This document shows, piece by piece, positions 13,020 through 23,809 of a stretch of 38,392 nt of DNA (positions are counted from its first letter, which is position 1; each line of letters starts with the position of its first letter). The notes below the pieces were generated by a model. That model made no database searches. It had not been told where the DNA came from and saw nothing but the letters and a program-made list of their open reading frames with translations. The translations under genes and the position numbers were made by a program. Source of the DNA: Candidatus Altimarinota bacterium (GTDB taxonomy: Bacteria; Patescibacteriota; Gracilibacteria; BD1-5; UBA2023); contig JANNYQ010000076.1 in the NCBI GenBank assembly GCA_031410215.1, forward strand, positions 1 to 38,392, read 5' to 3'.

Positions 13020-13046
13020 TTGCTTTTTCTCGATTTTCCCTATACT
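13020..13046 (+). promoter_or_regulatory. Candidate promoter of der (TTGCTT-15-TATACT)
   Basis: TTGCTT lies at 13020-13025 and TATACTGTGC starts at 13041. The same TATACTGTGC decamer occurs at 15970-15979 upstream of ftsH. Confidence 0.3.
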
Positions 13047-13097
13047 GTGCACAAAATAGTACAAAAGAAAATATAATCTCATAACTCTATAGTTCCT

Positions 13098-14576
13098 ATG
13101 CTCGCTCGCGTCACCATCATCGGTCGTCCCAATGTCGGGAAGTCATCTATATTCAATTCGCTCTCAGGTCATCGTATCGCAATCATCTCAGATATCGAGA
13201 ATACGACTCGTGATATCATCGAGTACCATATCGACGATCTAGAGCATGGTATCTCCTATATGATGGCAGATAGTGGGGGTATCGTGAGTGCCGACAATGA
13301 GACACTTCTATCAGATGTACGAGGTCGAGCCAACGATGCAATCCTCGCCTCTGATCTGATCCTCTTCGTCGTGGAGTATGATCGTATGACAGAGTTCGAT
13401 GAATACATCGTGAAGTTGCTTCGCAGGTCCAAGAAGCCAGTACTTGTAGTCGCGAACAAGGCAGACAATCCAAAACGAGCCCTTGAGGCGTATCAGCATA
13501 TGAGTCTTGGACTTGGTGATGTAGTGCCTGTGAGTGCCGTACAGACTCGTGGATTTGGTGAGCTTAGAGTCAAGGTAGCCGAGATGCTCAAGGAACTCGG
13601 ATTTGGTTATGTCCCGAACGAGCTCCATGAGGGTCTTCTCAGACTCGCCATCATCGGTAGGCCGAACGTAGGGAAGTCATCTCTCGTCAATGCTATTGCT
13701 GGAGAGACTCGCTCTATCGTATTCGATATGCCAGGTACCACTCGTGATGCGATCGATACGGTCATCAAGTTCAAGGATGAGGATATCGTCCTCATCGATA
13801 CCGCAGGTATTCGCCGAGCTGGTAAGATCGGATCAGCCAATATCGAACAGTGGAGTGTGATGCGAGCAGAGAAGTCAGTTGAGAGATCCGATGTTGTCGC
13901 AGTCGTGATCGATGCGTTCGAGGGAGTGGCTCATCAGGATGAGCATATCGTCGGTGAGGCTATGAAAGAGAAGAAGGGAATAATCCTCGTTATCAATAAG
14001 TGGGACAAGGTTATGAATAAACCAGGAGTCAACAAGGATACGATCCTCGAGCGATATATGCACTACCTTTCGAAGAAGTTTGACTTTCTCTCGTATGCTC
14101 CAGTCGTATTCACGACAGCGATCGAGAACAAGCGTATCGATCTCGTTCTCGAACATGCGATAGCGATCCGAATCGAGCGGAACAAACGAGTCAAGACCGG
14201 AGTATTCAACAAGTTCCTCGAACAGATCACCTATGATCACGCTCCAACAGGAAACCGCAAGTCGCACAAGCCACGGATATACTACGGATCACAGGTGGAC
14301 GTCAATCCTCCCAAGTTCATGATATCAGTTAACAATGCTGATCACTTTCACTTCTCATATGTTCGCTATATCGAGAATAAGATCCGTGAGGTATTCGGAT
14401 TCGAGGGGACTCCGATAGAGCTCGAACTCAGATCTCGCAAGAGTATGTTCAAGCCCAAGGAGCAAGGTGGATCTCGTGAGGATCATTTTGGAGAAGAGAT
14501 CGTCGAGCTCGAGCAGAAGCTTGCAGATAAGAAGATCGATACCTTCGGTAAAAAGAAACCTCGAAAAAAACGCTAA
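13098..14576 (+). CDS. der: GTPase Der/EngA (ribosome large-subunit assembly)
   Basis: An uninterrupted 492-aa ORF with two tandem GTPase domains, each with a GRPNVGKSS P-loop. It also has DTAG and NK(A/W)D motifs, a C-terminal KH-like region and a basic tail. It ends in TAA. Confidence 0.96.
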   Translation: MLARVTIIGRPNVGKSSIFNSLSGHRIAIISDIENTTRDIIEYHIDDLEHGISYMMADSGGIVSADNETLLSDVRGRANDAILASDLILFVVEYDRMTEFDEYIVKLLRRSKKPVLVVANKADNPKRALEAYQHMSLGLGDVVPVSAVQTRGFGELRVKVAEMLKELGFGYVPNELHEGLLRLAIIGRPNVGKSSLVNAIAGETRSIVFDMPGTTRDAIDTVIKFKDEDIVLIDTAGIRRAGKIGSANIEQWSVMRAEKSVERSDVVAVVIDAFEGVAHQDEHIVGEAMKEKKGIILVINKWDKVMNKPGVNKDTILERYMHYLSKKFDFLSYAPVVFTTAIENKRIDLVLEHAIAIRIERNKRVKTGVFNKFLEQITYDHAPTGNRKSHKPRIYYGSQVDVNPPKFMISVNNADHFHFSYVRYIENKIREVFGFEGTPIELELRSRKSMFKPKEQGGSREDHFGEEIVELEQKLADKKIDTFGKKKPRKKR

Positions 14577-14577
14577 C

Positions 14578-15573
14578 ATGAAACTATCAAAAATCCTCGC
14601 ATATGTATTTGCATCTATTGCCCTCATATTCGAGGGATTTTTTGGCATTATTTCTCTCGTATCATTTGTCATACAAGTCATACTGCTCGCTTTTTGAGTA
14701 TTTCTCTTGATTTGGATGGTTCGCCGTAATAAAATAGGGAATTGGAAACATATCATTCCTCAGTATATACTCACGATGACTGCTACAATCGGATTTTTTG
14801 TTTCTCTCATGCTTGTTTTTGTCCAGTATCAGCATATGGTCCCAGGTATAGTATCGGATATTACACTCTCACATTCTGGACAACAGATTGTATTTATCGA
14901 GATGTCACATATTGCGAGTTCTGATTTTTTTGCTCGCAAAAAAGAAACAATAAAATCACTCTCTGCAAGTGGATATACGATCCTCGTTGAGTGAGTGAAA
15001 CCAGGTACACCAGCAAATCAGGCTCGATTCAACCAATCGATAGGATTCGACCTCACTCCAACACTCTACTCGACTATCGCAGATCTGATATGACTCGATA
15101 GTCAGGATAATCAGTTTCTGTTTGCAGAAATATCTACTGGATCACTCGTATCGGTAGATCTCTCGATCGATGAGATCGTCGCAATAATGGGAACAGGATC
15201 TCAGGTCACTGCAGCATCTGGATCACTCTCATCGAGTATCGAGTCAGATATCAGGACTGCAACGAGAGTATTCACTCCTCGCGAACGACTCTGGACGAGC
15301 TGGGTGGGGCGATGACTCCTGAGTTGGTCACTTAGGAGATCGGGTGATCTTGAGTCACTGCTCACGAGCGGATCACAGGCTCAGCTCTTCACGACGATCA
15401 TCGATCGCCGCAATGATGCGATCATCGCATATATTCAAGCTCATCCGACGACCAATATAGTAGTCGTATATTGAGCCCTACACTTCAACTGAGTATACGA
15501 GTCACTCCAGCGACTCGATCCACAGTGGAGCGTCAAGCATATCGAGAATAGTGAACCATATAGTATACGATAG
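14578..15573 (+). CDS. Membrane-anchored TraB/GumN-family protein
   Basis: ATG 14578 lies 1 nt after the der stop. Track ORFs 14467-14697 and 14707-14994 share the frame and continue across TGAs to TAG 15571-15573 (331 aa). The N-terminus has hydrophobic helices. IVFIEMSHIASSDFF and RRNDAIIAYIQAHPTTNIVVVYGALHFNG resemble the two TraB/GumN signature regions, from memory. Confidence 0.65.
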
Positions 15574-15576
15574 TCT

Positions 15577-15921
15577 ATGATCCAAAAAATCCACATCAAC
15601 CTCTGCTCTGTAAAAAATAAACAGTCTCTCTTTGATATATTTGCATCGACTTTTTCATTTCCTCCATATTTCGGGAATAACTGGGATGCACTCTATGATA
15701 TGATGAGCTCACTCGATCCAGCCGCAACTATATTCCAGGATATGAAAAAGCCACTAACGGGTATCCATATCATACTCGATGGATTTGATGCCTTTGAATT
15801 TGTTTTTCCAGAGACTGATTTGGATCGGTTCCGAGCTCTTCTTATTGATCTCTCGGTATCTCGGGATTTTCGCCCAGATCAACTTTCATTCACATTTGAG
15901 ATCCGATATTCTCAGCAATAG
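15577..15921 (+). CDS. Barstar-family (barnase/RNase inhibitor-like) protein
   Basis: A 114-aa ORF with no TGA. FPPYFGNNWDALYDMM matches the barstar core LPEYYGENLDALWDCL. It starts 3 nt after the upstream stop and ends in TAG. Confidence 0.75.
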   Translation: MIQKIHINLCSVKNKQSLFDIFASTFSFPPYFGNNWDALYDMMSSLDPAATIFQDMKKPLTGIHIILDGFDAFEFVFPETDLDRFRALLIDLSVSRDFRPDQLSFTFEIRYSQQ

Positions 15922-15947
15922 TTTTATCCATATTATGCGACTTTTCT

Positions 15948-15975
15948 TTGCTTTTCTGGCCATTTTTCATATACT
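15948..15975 (+). promoter_or_regulatory. Candidate promoter of ftsH (TTGCTT-16-TATACT)
   Basis: TTGCTT lies at 15948-15953 and TATACT at 15970-15975, with the ATG at 16009. Confidence 0.35.
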
Positions 15976-16008
15976 GTGCCTGTACCTTTGTATATATTTT
16001 TCTTTATT

Positions 16009-17949
<1,941 letters not shown>

Positions 17950-17957
17950 TAGATATC

Positions 17958-17986
17958 AAAAATCCCGAGAGTTTCTCGGGATTTTT
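17958..17986 (+). terminator. Rho-independent terminator after ftsH
   Basis: AAAAATCCCGAGA-GTT-TCTCGGGATTTTT forms a perfect 13-bp stem including the A/T tails, with the T-run at the 3' side. Confidence 0.8.
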
Positions 17987-18004
17987 CTAACTGAAATGCT
18001 TCCT

Positions 18005-18475
18005 ATGTCCTCATGGCTCATGAAATCCGAACCCACAGAATACTCGATAGACCACCTCCAAAGAGATGGATCATCAAGTTGGTTCTGAGTACGCAACTAT
18101 CTCGCTCGCAACTATATGCGAGATCATATGCAACTCGGGGATTGTGTATTTTTTTATCATTCGTCGTGTTCGACTCCTGGTATCTATGGACTCGCAGAGG
18201 TCGTATCACTTTCACACCCTGATGAAACACAGTTCATCGTTGGAGACAAGCACTATGACCCCAAATCAACTCGAGAGAAGCCTATATGGATGTGCGTGGA
18301 TGTCGGTTTCGTCTCGAAGTTCTCGGATATCCTCTCGATCACAGATATCAGATCTATCCCAGAGCTCGCCACGATGAAACTCCTCCAAAAGGGGAGTCGT
18401 CTCTCAATAACACCTGTTACCGATGATGAAGCTGATATGATCATGCGGATTATAGAGAATAGAGATATTTTATAG
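18005..18475 (+). CDS. EVE-domain (PUA-like) protein
   Basis: MSSWLMKSEPTEYSIDHLQRDGSSSWF-G(TGA)-VRNYLARNYMRDHMQLGDCVFFYHS...YDPKSTREKPIWMCVDVGFV...GSRLSITPV matches the EVE/thymocyte-nuclear-protein-like pattern (W.GVRNYQARN, YDPKS, GSRLSV). It is 156 aa and ends in TAG. Confidence 0.85.
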
Positions 18476-19667
18476 AAGTTTTCATCTGTATTTTGCTATA
18501 TTGTTTGAATATATCTGATGTTCCAATTTGTATCTGAGCGTGCACTGCTATATATGGCTTACCATCTTGGGAGAGCCATTTGTAGTGAACTGGACGTACC
18601 GAGAGCTCTATAGCATATTTAGATCTGAAATAGTCTTGTACATATCGGCGAGTATCTCTATCCTCGCTCGCTGGTAATATGAATGGAGAATATGATTTAT
18701 CTGAGAGAGAATAATATACTCGATGATCCTGATGGAGTATTATTACCACTTGAGCGTCGGGAGTAGGGAAAGAAACGGATATTTTTTTCTTTATGATTTC
18801 ATTTTCTCATTTTGATAAATAGAACTCACTTTCGGTGAATATATATATGTTTGCATCAAATCATGTAGATGCTTTTGGTTCCATGAGGCGAGACCAGTCC
18901 ATAAGGGCATTATTAATGTTTCTTATGATCATAATTTCTCAGACACCATTCTCCGTACTTTTGCTGCCAAAAGTATCAAAAGCATCGGTAGTGAGTCAAT
19001 GTCCCAAAGGCACTTCCAACCCTTCGCAAAGGGGTACTCGCTCAGTATTCCTTTCACTTTTGTTTTTTCCTGATTTCTTCATTGTCCATACAGTGCTTCC
19101 CCCCCGAACCCCCATTCATTGCTCGAAAACTTTCTCAGATACAAAATCCTGAAAGTCCCTCTCGATTTTATTTTTCTCATTTTCATTGAGTTTGATATTT
19201 TTGGCTCATTTGTAGTATCTCGAGAATATCGTCTCCAGATTGGTATCCCACGCAAGGAGTGCCTCACCATAGCCAAATGCAAGGATCGCTCGTGCCGTAT
19301 ATTCTCCAATTCCTGGGAGTTTTTTGAGTTGTTGCTTGTCTCTCGGAAATATTCCTATATATTCGCTACTCACGATGTTCGCAGTTTTGAGTAGATTCCT
19401 TGCTCTGGAGTAGTACCCGAGTCACTGATAGTATGGGAAGAATTCATCATAGCTCGCATCCGCTAGACGCTCTATAGTGGGATATCTCTCGAGTATCTTG
19501 GTATAAAAAGGAACCACCCGATCTGCCTGAGTCTGCTGCAGGAGTATCTCAGCGAGCCAGACACGATATCCACTCGTATTACCCGTGTTATATTGTCTCC
19601 ATGGGAAGTCGTGACGTCCATTTTGCTTATACCAGTCGAGTAGGAGTTGCCAAGGGAAGGATTTCAT
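18450..19667 (-). CDS. mutY: Adenine DNA glycosylase MutY-like (HhH-GPD plus NUDIX-like C-terminal domain), lacking Fe-S cysteines
   Basis: Track ORFs 19422-19667 and 18450-18749 share a frame (918-nt offset), and the interval between them has only TGA stops. Motifs seen: LLDWYKQNGRHDFPWR, catalytic-Glu motif LAEILLQQTQ, G(TGA)LGYYSRARNL, HhH LPGIGEYTARAILAF, Asp motif WDTNL, and NNALMDW. The C-terminal part is MutT-like. It is 405 aa and ends in TAA. Confidence 0.85.
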
Positions 19668-19695
19668 AGGATGATAGTATTTATATTTCTTTTAT

Positions 19696-19724
19696 TTGCA
19701 AAAAAAGATTATATTGTATATAAT
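19696..19724 (+). promoter_or_regulatory. Near-consensus sigma70 promoter (TTGCAA-17-TATAAT)
   Basis: TTGCAA lies at 19696-19701 and TATAAT at 19719-19724, 27 nt upstream of ATG 19751. It sits in the divergent mutY/hypothetical intergenic region. Confidence 0.45.
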
Positions 19725-19750
19725 ACTATTATATCATAACAACAAATAGT

Positions 19751-20074
19751 ATGAACCAGAATCCAAAAGATAGTACTCAATATCCAATACTGGAAAAGAG
19801 TCCAGAGAATACACCCCAAGTACTTTTTTATATCAGTGCACTCCGAGACAAATATGCTACCTACAACGAGATACTTGATAGGCTTGATATTGTTGCCGAA
19901 AAAATAAAACAAGTCCCAACACATGTACAGAAAACCGTTGCAGAAATGCTCAAGGCAGATCTCGAAAATACAACCATCAATACTGCCATGTTAACTGCTG
20001 CTATTATGGCCATAAATCCAAAAAACCTAGTACAGAATTCTGCCAATGATGAAAAATTCAAATTGACTGCTTAA
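19751..20074 (+). CDS. Hypothetical protein (107 aa)
   Basis: An uninterrupted ORF behind a good promoter, ending in TAA. I recognise no motif. Confidence 0.5.
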   Translation: MNQNPKDSTQYPILEKSPENTPQVLFYISALRDKYATYNEILDRLDIVAEKIKQVPTHVQKTVAEMLKADLENTTINTAMLTAAIMAINPKNLVQNSANDEKFKLTA

Positions 20075-20095
20075 TTATTTTCACCTTCTCTCAGA

Positions 20096-20470
20096 ATGAT
20101 GCAAAATACTCGTCTCCAGCTCCTTCTAGAGCGTGCTCCCATCACTGATGAAGATCGCCATAATATATCTCGTATCTTCGCTATTCTCTCGAGTGAGAGG
20201 CAAGCCGCACTCATATCTGATTGGGATAGATATATTATCCGATTTATCAGTATACGGGATCAACTTGTAGAGACGGATGCTCGTAGATTCCTCTCGGGAC
20301 TTCAGGCGATCGATATCCTCCTCGATGAGGCCATTGCTCGTGAGGCTGAGAAGCAGGCAGAAAGAGATCACAACAAAAAACAAGTTCGAGCAGAACTAGA
20401 ATGAACCGTCGCATATGATCAGATGCAGAGACTCCGTCGAGTGAAGGCTCTCCAGTGAGTGGGAATCTAG
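20096..20470 (+). CDS. Hypothetical protein (124 aa, charged helical C-terminus)
   Basis: Track ORF 20096-20404 continues through TGA 20402 and TGA 20456 to TAG 20468-20470. I recognise no family. Confidence 0.5.
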
Positions 20471-20608
20471 ATATTAGTCCTGATATATTATCATATATGT
20501 GCAAGTATAAATAGATTTCTAGAATTGCACAATACTCAAATATCTGATAGAGTGCTTGTATATCACACTTGGTCACGTGATCAGCTCTAACCTCATAAGT
20601 ACCCGAGT

Positions 20609-20636
20609 AGACCAATATTATATTGGTCTTTTTCTT
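20609..20636 (+). terminator. Rho-independent terminator
   Basis: AGACCAATA-TTA-TATTGGTCT is followed by TTTTCTTATTT. It lies between the hypothetical pair and the MFS-like gene. Confidence 0.6.
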
Positions 20637-20662
20637 ATTTCTCCTCGTTTTTCTCCTCTCGT

Positions 20663-22228
20663 ATGGATATTGCAGTGACGTCAGATACAACAGCATCAGT
20701 ACTTCCACTTGATCATGGATCCAATCCGATCATCATCTCTATGCAGACAGGCCTGGAGGGATATCGCCTTCGCAATTTTTATATTACCAATAGCTTTCAG
20801 TGATTTGTGTGGATGATTTTTCACTTCTCGGTAGTTTTTTTCTTCTGACTCTTGCTCGATAACCTTGTTCTCGTCGGGCTCTTTCTCGGATTCGCCAATC
20901 TGATCGCATTTTCTATCGATGTCCCACTTGGTATCATCCAACGCTATATTCCAACTCGTCGAATGTTCATCTTCGCTGCGATCTCTCAGCTGATTGCGAC
21001 TGGTATATTTTTTGCGTTTATATTCCAGATATTTGGGATCATCGAATATGTCTCTGGTGTCATCACCCCTGAGTCACTCGAGTCTGGTAAGGCATGGTTC
21101 TTCGGGAGTGCTATCAACTGGATCGGAGTGATCGTGGCATCAGTGTGCTATGGATTGACCAAGGAGATCAACGATGTATCGACATATGGATATGTCCTCT
21201 CACATGCTGATCCGAGTGAATACGGTACAATCCTCGCTCGCAACAATATTACATTTGGTATCGGGTCTCTTATCGGTCTCGTATTGTCTGGTTTTGTATT
21301 ATCTTTTTCTCCAGCAATTGCCGTGATATTCCTCGCCGTCGTGATTGCTGGATTTCTCGCATTCACGATTCGATTTTTCGATAACTCGATGGACTCCGTT
21401 ACTATTGCTGATATGGCGAGTTTCAGAGTCTCTGTACAAAAATGGAACAAGGAAAATGTACGAGAATATATCACCGAAACAGTCCAAAAAGTCGATCTTG
21501 AAAAAATCATCAATGGAGCTAAGTATCTCATGCTCAAGCCAAAACAAACCTCCAAAGAAACAAAAATTCCATGGAAAGATGTTTTTGTTTCCAGTAAACG
21601 AGAATTCTCTATCATCTGGGAGATCTGTATGCATAAGCCTATGCATATATCGCTATTTTGGACTATTACCTTGGTCCTGACATTTGGATTTTGGGACACA
21701 TTTGCATCATCGTTCCTCCTCCAATTCCTCGATCAGATGAAGCCAGGATGGAGCTATATCCTGCTCGCTATGATAGGTATACCAGGTATCGTACTACAGG
21801 AGACTGCGAGCAAGATCGGAACTCGGATAGGACTCAAAACAATTGGGATCATCGGTCTCGCACTTTCTGGCGGTTCTCTTATATTGATGGGAATATTTGC
21901 CATGGGATCGACTTTGAGTCCTGCCATCATACTCTCACTTGCTCTCATCAACTCACTCGGGTACGCCTGCGGTATGTCGACTGGACAGAACCAATTCCTC
22001 GATATGTACAATCGCATTTACGCAGAACACGAGTGACTCACGGAGATCAATGCTAATGCCTCATCAGGTCCTATGAAAGTCATCCAGAATCTTGCGAATG
22101 TGATCTGACTTGTCATTGGATGAGCTCTGGTGGCATTTGGATTTCCTGCATTCTTTATTCTTTTCGGACTTGTCATATTGGCTATACTCGGATGGACAAT
22201 CCGAGAGAAACAGCGAATACAAATTTAG
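20663..22228 (+). CDS. Multi-pass membrane transporter, MFS-like
   Basis: ATG 20663 is in frame with track ORF 20852-22036. The frame continues through TGAs to TAG 22226-22228 (521 aa). Many hydrophobic helices are split by a hydrophilic central loop. The family assignment is tentative. Confidence 0.6.
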
Positions 22229-23199
22229 CTCCACTCCAGTGTCACACTCCGATTCCTCACGATCTCGACTTCTAGATCTCGGAGTATATATGAGAGATCT
22301 TTGTCTTTGAGGATAATTTTCTGTTGCCACTCTCCTCCATACCGCTCACGGATATCCGTATCAAATGCCAAAAAGGTACTATTCTTTTTGAGAAGTCCGA
22401 TTTTATTGATGAGTTTTCGCATGATATCTTCGACTTTTTTTTCCTGTTCATCATGTACTCGTATCGTCACGAACTCAGCAAATGGTGGATATCTGAAGTC
22501 AATCCGCTCACGAGAAAGATAAGTGAGAAATGATCGAGTATTGCCATCCATGATCTCTCTGAGGAGTGGATGATCAGGAGTAAAGGTCTGTATATACAGG
22601 GGGAGTCACTGCTTCTTATAGTATGAGATCTCGTTGTAGATATCTTCCTCGATATGATAAGAGGGGATCGATAGATTGAGCTCAAAAGAGAGCCAGATAA
22701 CCGCTCCAATACTTGGATGTACTATACTCCCACCGATCTGGGTTGTCAGGATAATATCGCTCGTATTGATTCTTGAGTAGAGAATCTCTGTTTTTTCTCT
22801 CGTATCACTATCGATGCGGAGTACTCGAGTATCCTTTGGGAGAAGTATTGTGAGATTTTCCTCGATCTGTTGTATCCCGACTCATACTGGATTTATTCGA
22901 CTCCCATGGCAGCTCGGGCACACGATAGGAAATGGTGCCGCCTGACTACACTGATGACAGATGAGACGCTTGGTAGGAGTTGTATGGTAGGCAAATGCAA
23001 TATCACAGTGTGGACACTTCTCATAATGACCACAATCCGCACAGATCCACGCCCTAGAATTACCTCTTCTTGAATAAAAAATCAAAGACTTTTTTCCTGC
23101 TTTCTTCACTTTTTCCAACACACTGATAATCTCCCTTGATAGACCAGGAGCCTCGATTCGAGCACTTTGGAGTGAGATGATAGTGAGGATGGAGGACAC
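22225..23199 (-). CDS. PriA-like protein: C-terminal half only (Cys-rich zinc region, degenerate helicase lobe 2, C-terminal domain)
   Basis: Track ORFs 22882-23199 and 22225-22551 share a frame (648-nt offset) and are joined via TGA. It aligns from memory to E. coli PriA from about residue 400 onward: KSLIFYSRRG, then CADC..CPHC..CHQC..CPSC, G(TGA)VGIQQIEE, and ERIDFRYPPF. The open frame begins only 22 codons upstream of the GTG, inside nrdR. It is 324 aa and ends in TAA. Confidence 0.7.
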
Positions 23200-23222
23200 G
23201 TAAAAACTAAAATTTATAAAAG

Positions 23223-23669
23223 CTATCCCAATTCTTCCTCGATAAATTTCACAAATCCTTTCACATTATCATGGTTATGGTAGATTGATGCATATCGGAC
23301 AAATGCCACCTCGTCAAAATCTCGGAGCTTGCGGAGAATATCTCGACCAACACGCTTCGAACTGATCGCCTGCTTGTTCTGTGCCCATTCATTCTCAAGT
23401 GTATTGATCGCATCCTCGAGCTTGTCGGGGTCAAATGGTCTCTTCACGAGAGCCTTGAGCATAGAGTTGACGATCTTGGTGCGGTCGTATGGCTCGAGTT
23501 CGCCCGATGACTTGGTCACCATGAAGGATACGAATTCGAGTCGCTCGAATGTAGTAAATCTTGATTCACACTTTTCACACTCGCGACGACGGCGAATAGC
23601 TTTACCATCATCAGTTGTACGAGAGTCGATAACACGAGTATCGAGATTGCGGCATTTTGGACATTTCAT
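23223..23669 (-). CDS. nrdR: Transcriptional repressor NrdR
   Basis: MKCPKCRNLDTRVIDSR...ECEKCESRFTTFE is the zinc ribbon, followed by an ATP-cone. It is 148 aa, uninterrupted, and ends in TAG. Confidence 0.95.
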   Translation of the reverse strand: MKCPKCRNLDTRVIDSRTTDDGKAIRRRRECEKCESRFTTFERLEFVSFMVTKSSGELEPYDRTKIVNSMLKALVKRPFDPDKLEDAINTLENEWAQNKQAISSKRVGRDILRKLRDFDEVAFVRYASIYHNHDNVKGFVKFIEEELG

Positions 23670-23749
23670 GGAGTAGTAAGTTAGTAGGATTGAGGCTCGT
23701 AAGTGTAGGTTTTTTTCACTATCGCGGATGATTTGCTCAGAGTATCTGG

Positions 23750-23773
23750 TAGAGATTCTCTAGGAGAATTATA
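23750..23773 (-). promoter_or_regulatory. Candidate -10 element plus 13-bp palindrome upstream of nrdR
   Basis: On the minus strand, TATAAT at 23768-23773 is followed 5 nt downstream by the perfect palindrome TAGAGA-A-TCTCTA (23750-23762). Confidence 0.3.
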
Positions 23774-23809
23774 ATACCACAGAAATAGATTGAGTCTAAA
23801 TTTGAAGAA

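Noticed and set aside
14578-15573. The gene upstream of barstar could be the cognate barnase-type toxin.
   Set aside because: Its sequence looks like a membrane-anchored TraB/GumN-family protein (HIAS... and GALHF motifs). It shows no resemblance to the small secreted RNase fold.
22225-23199. The PriA-like ORF could be called a plain pseudogene.
   Set aside because: The frame is intact for 324 codons, all eight zinc-ligand cysteines are retained, and TGA-Gly sits at a conserved Gly. It cannot be excluded without comparative data, so it is reported as a finding rather than typed as a pseudogene.
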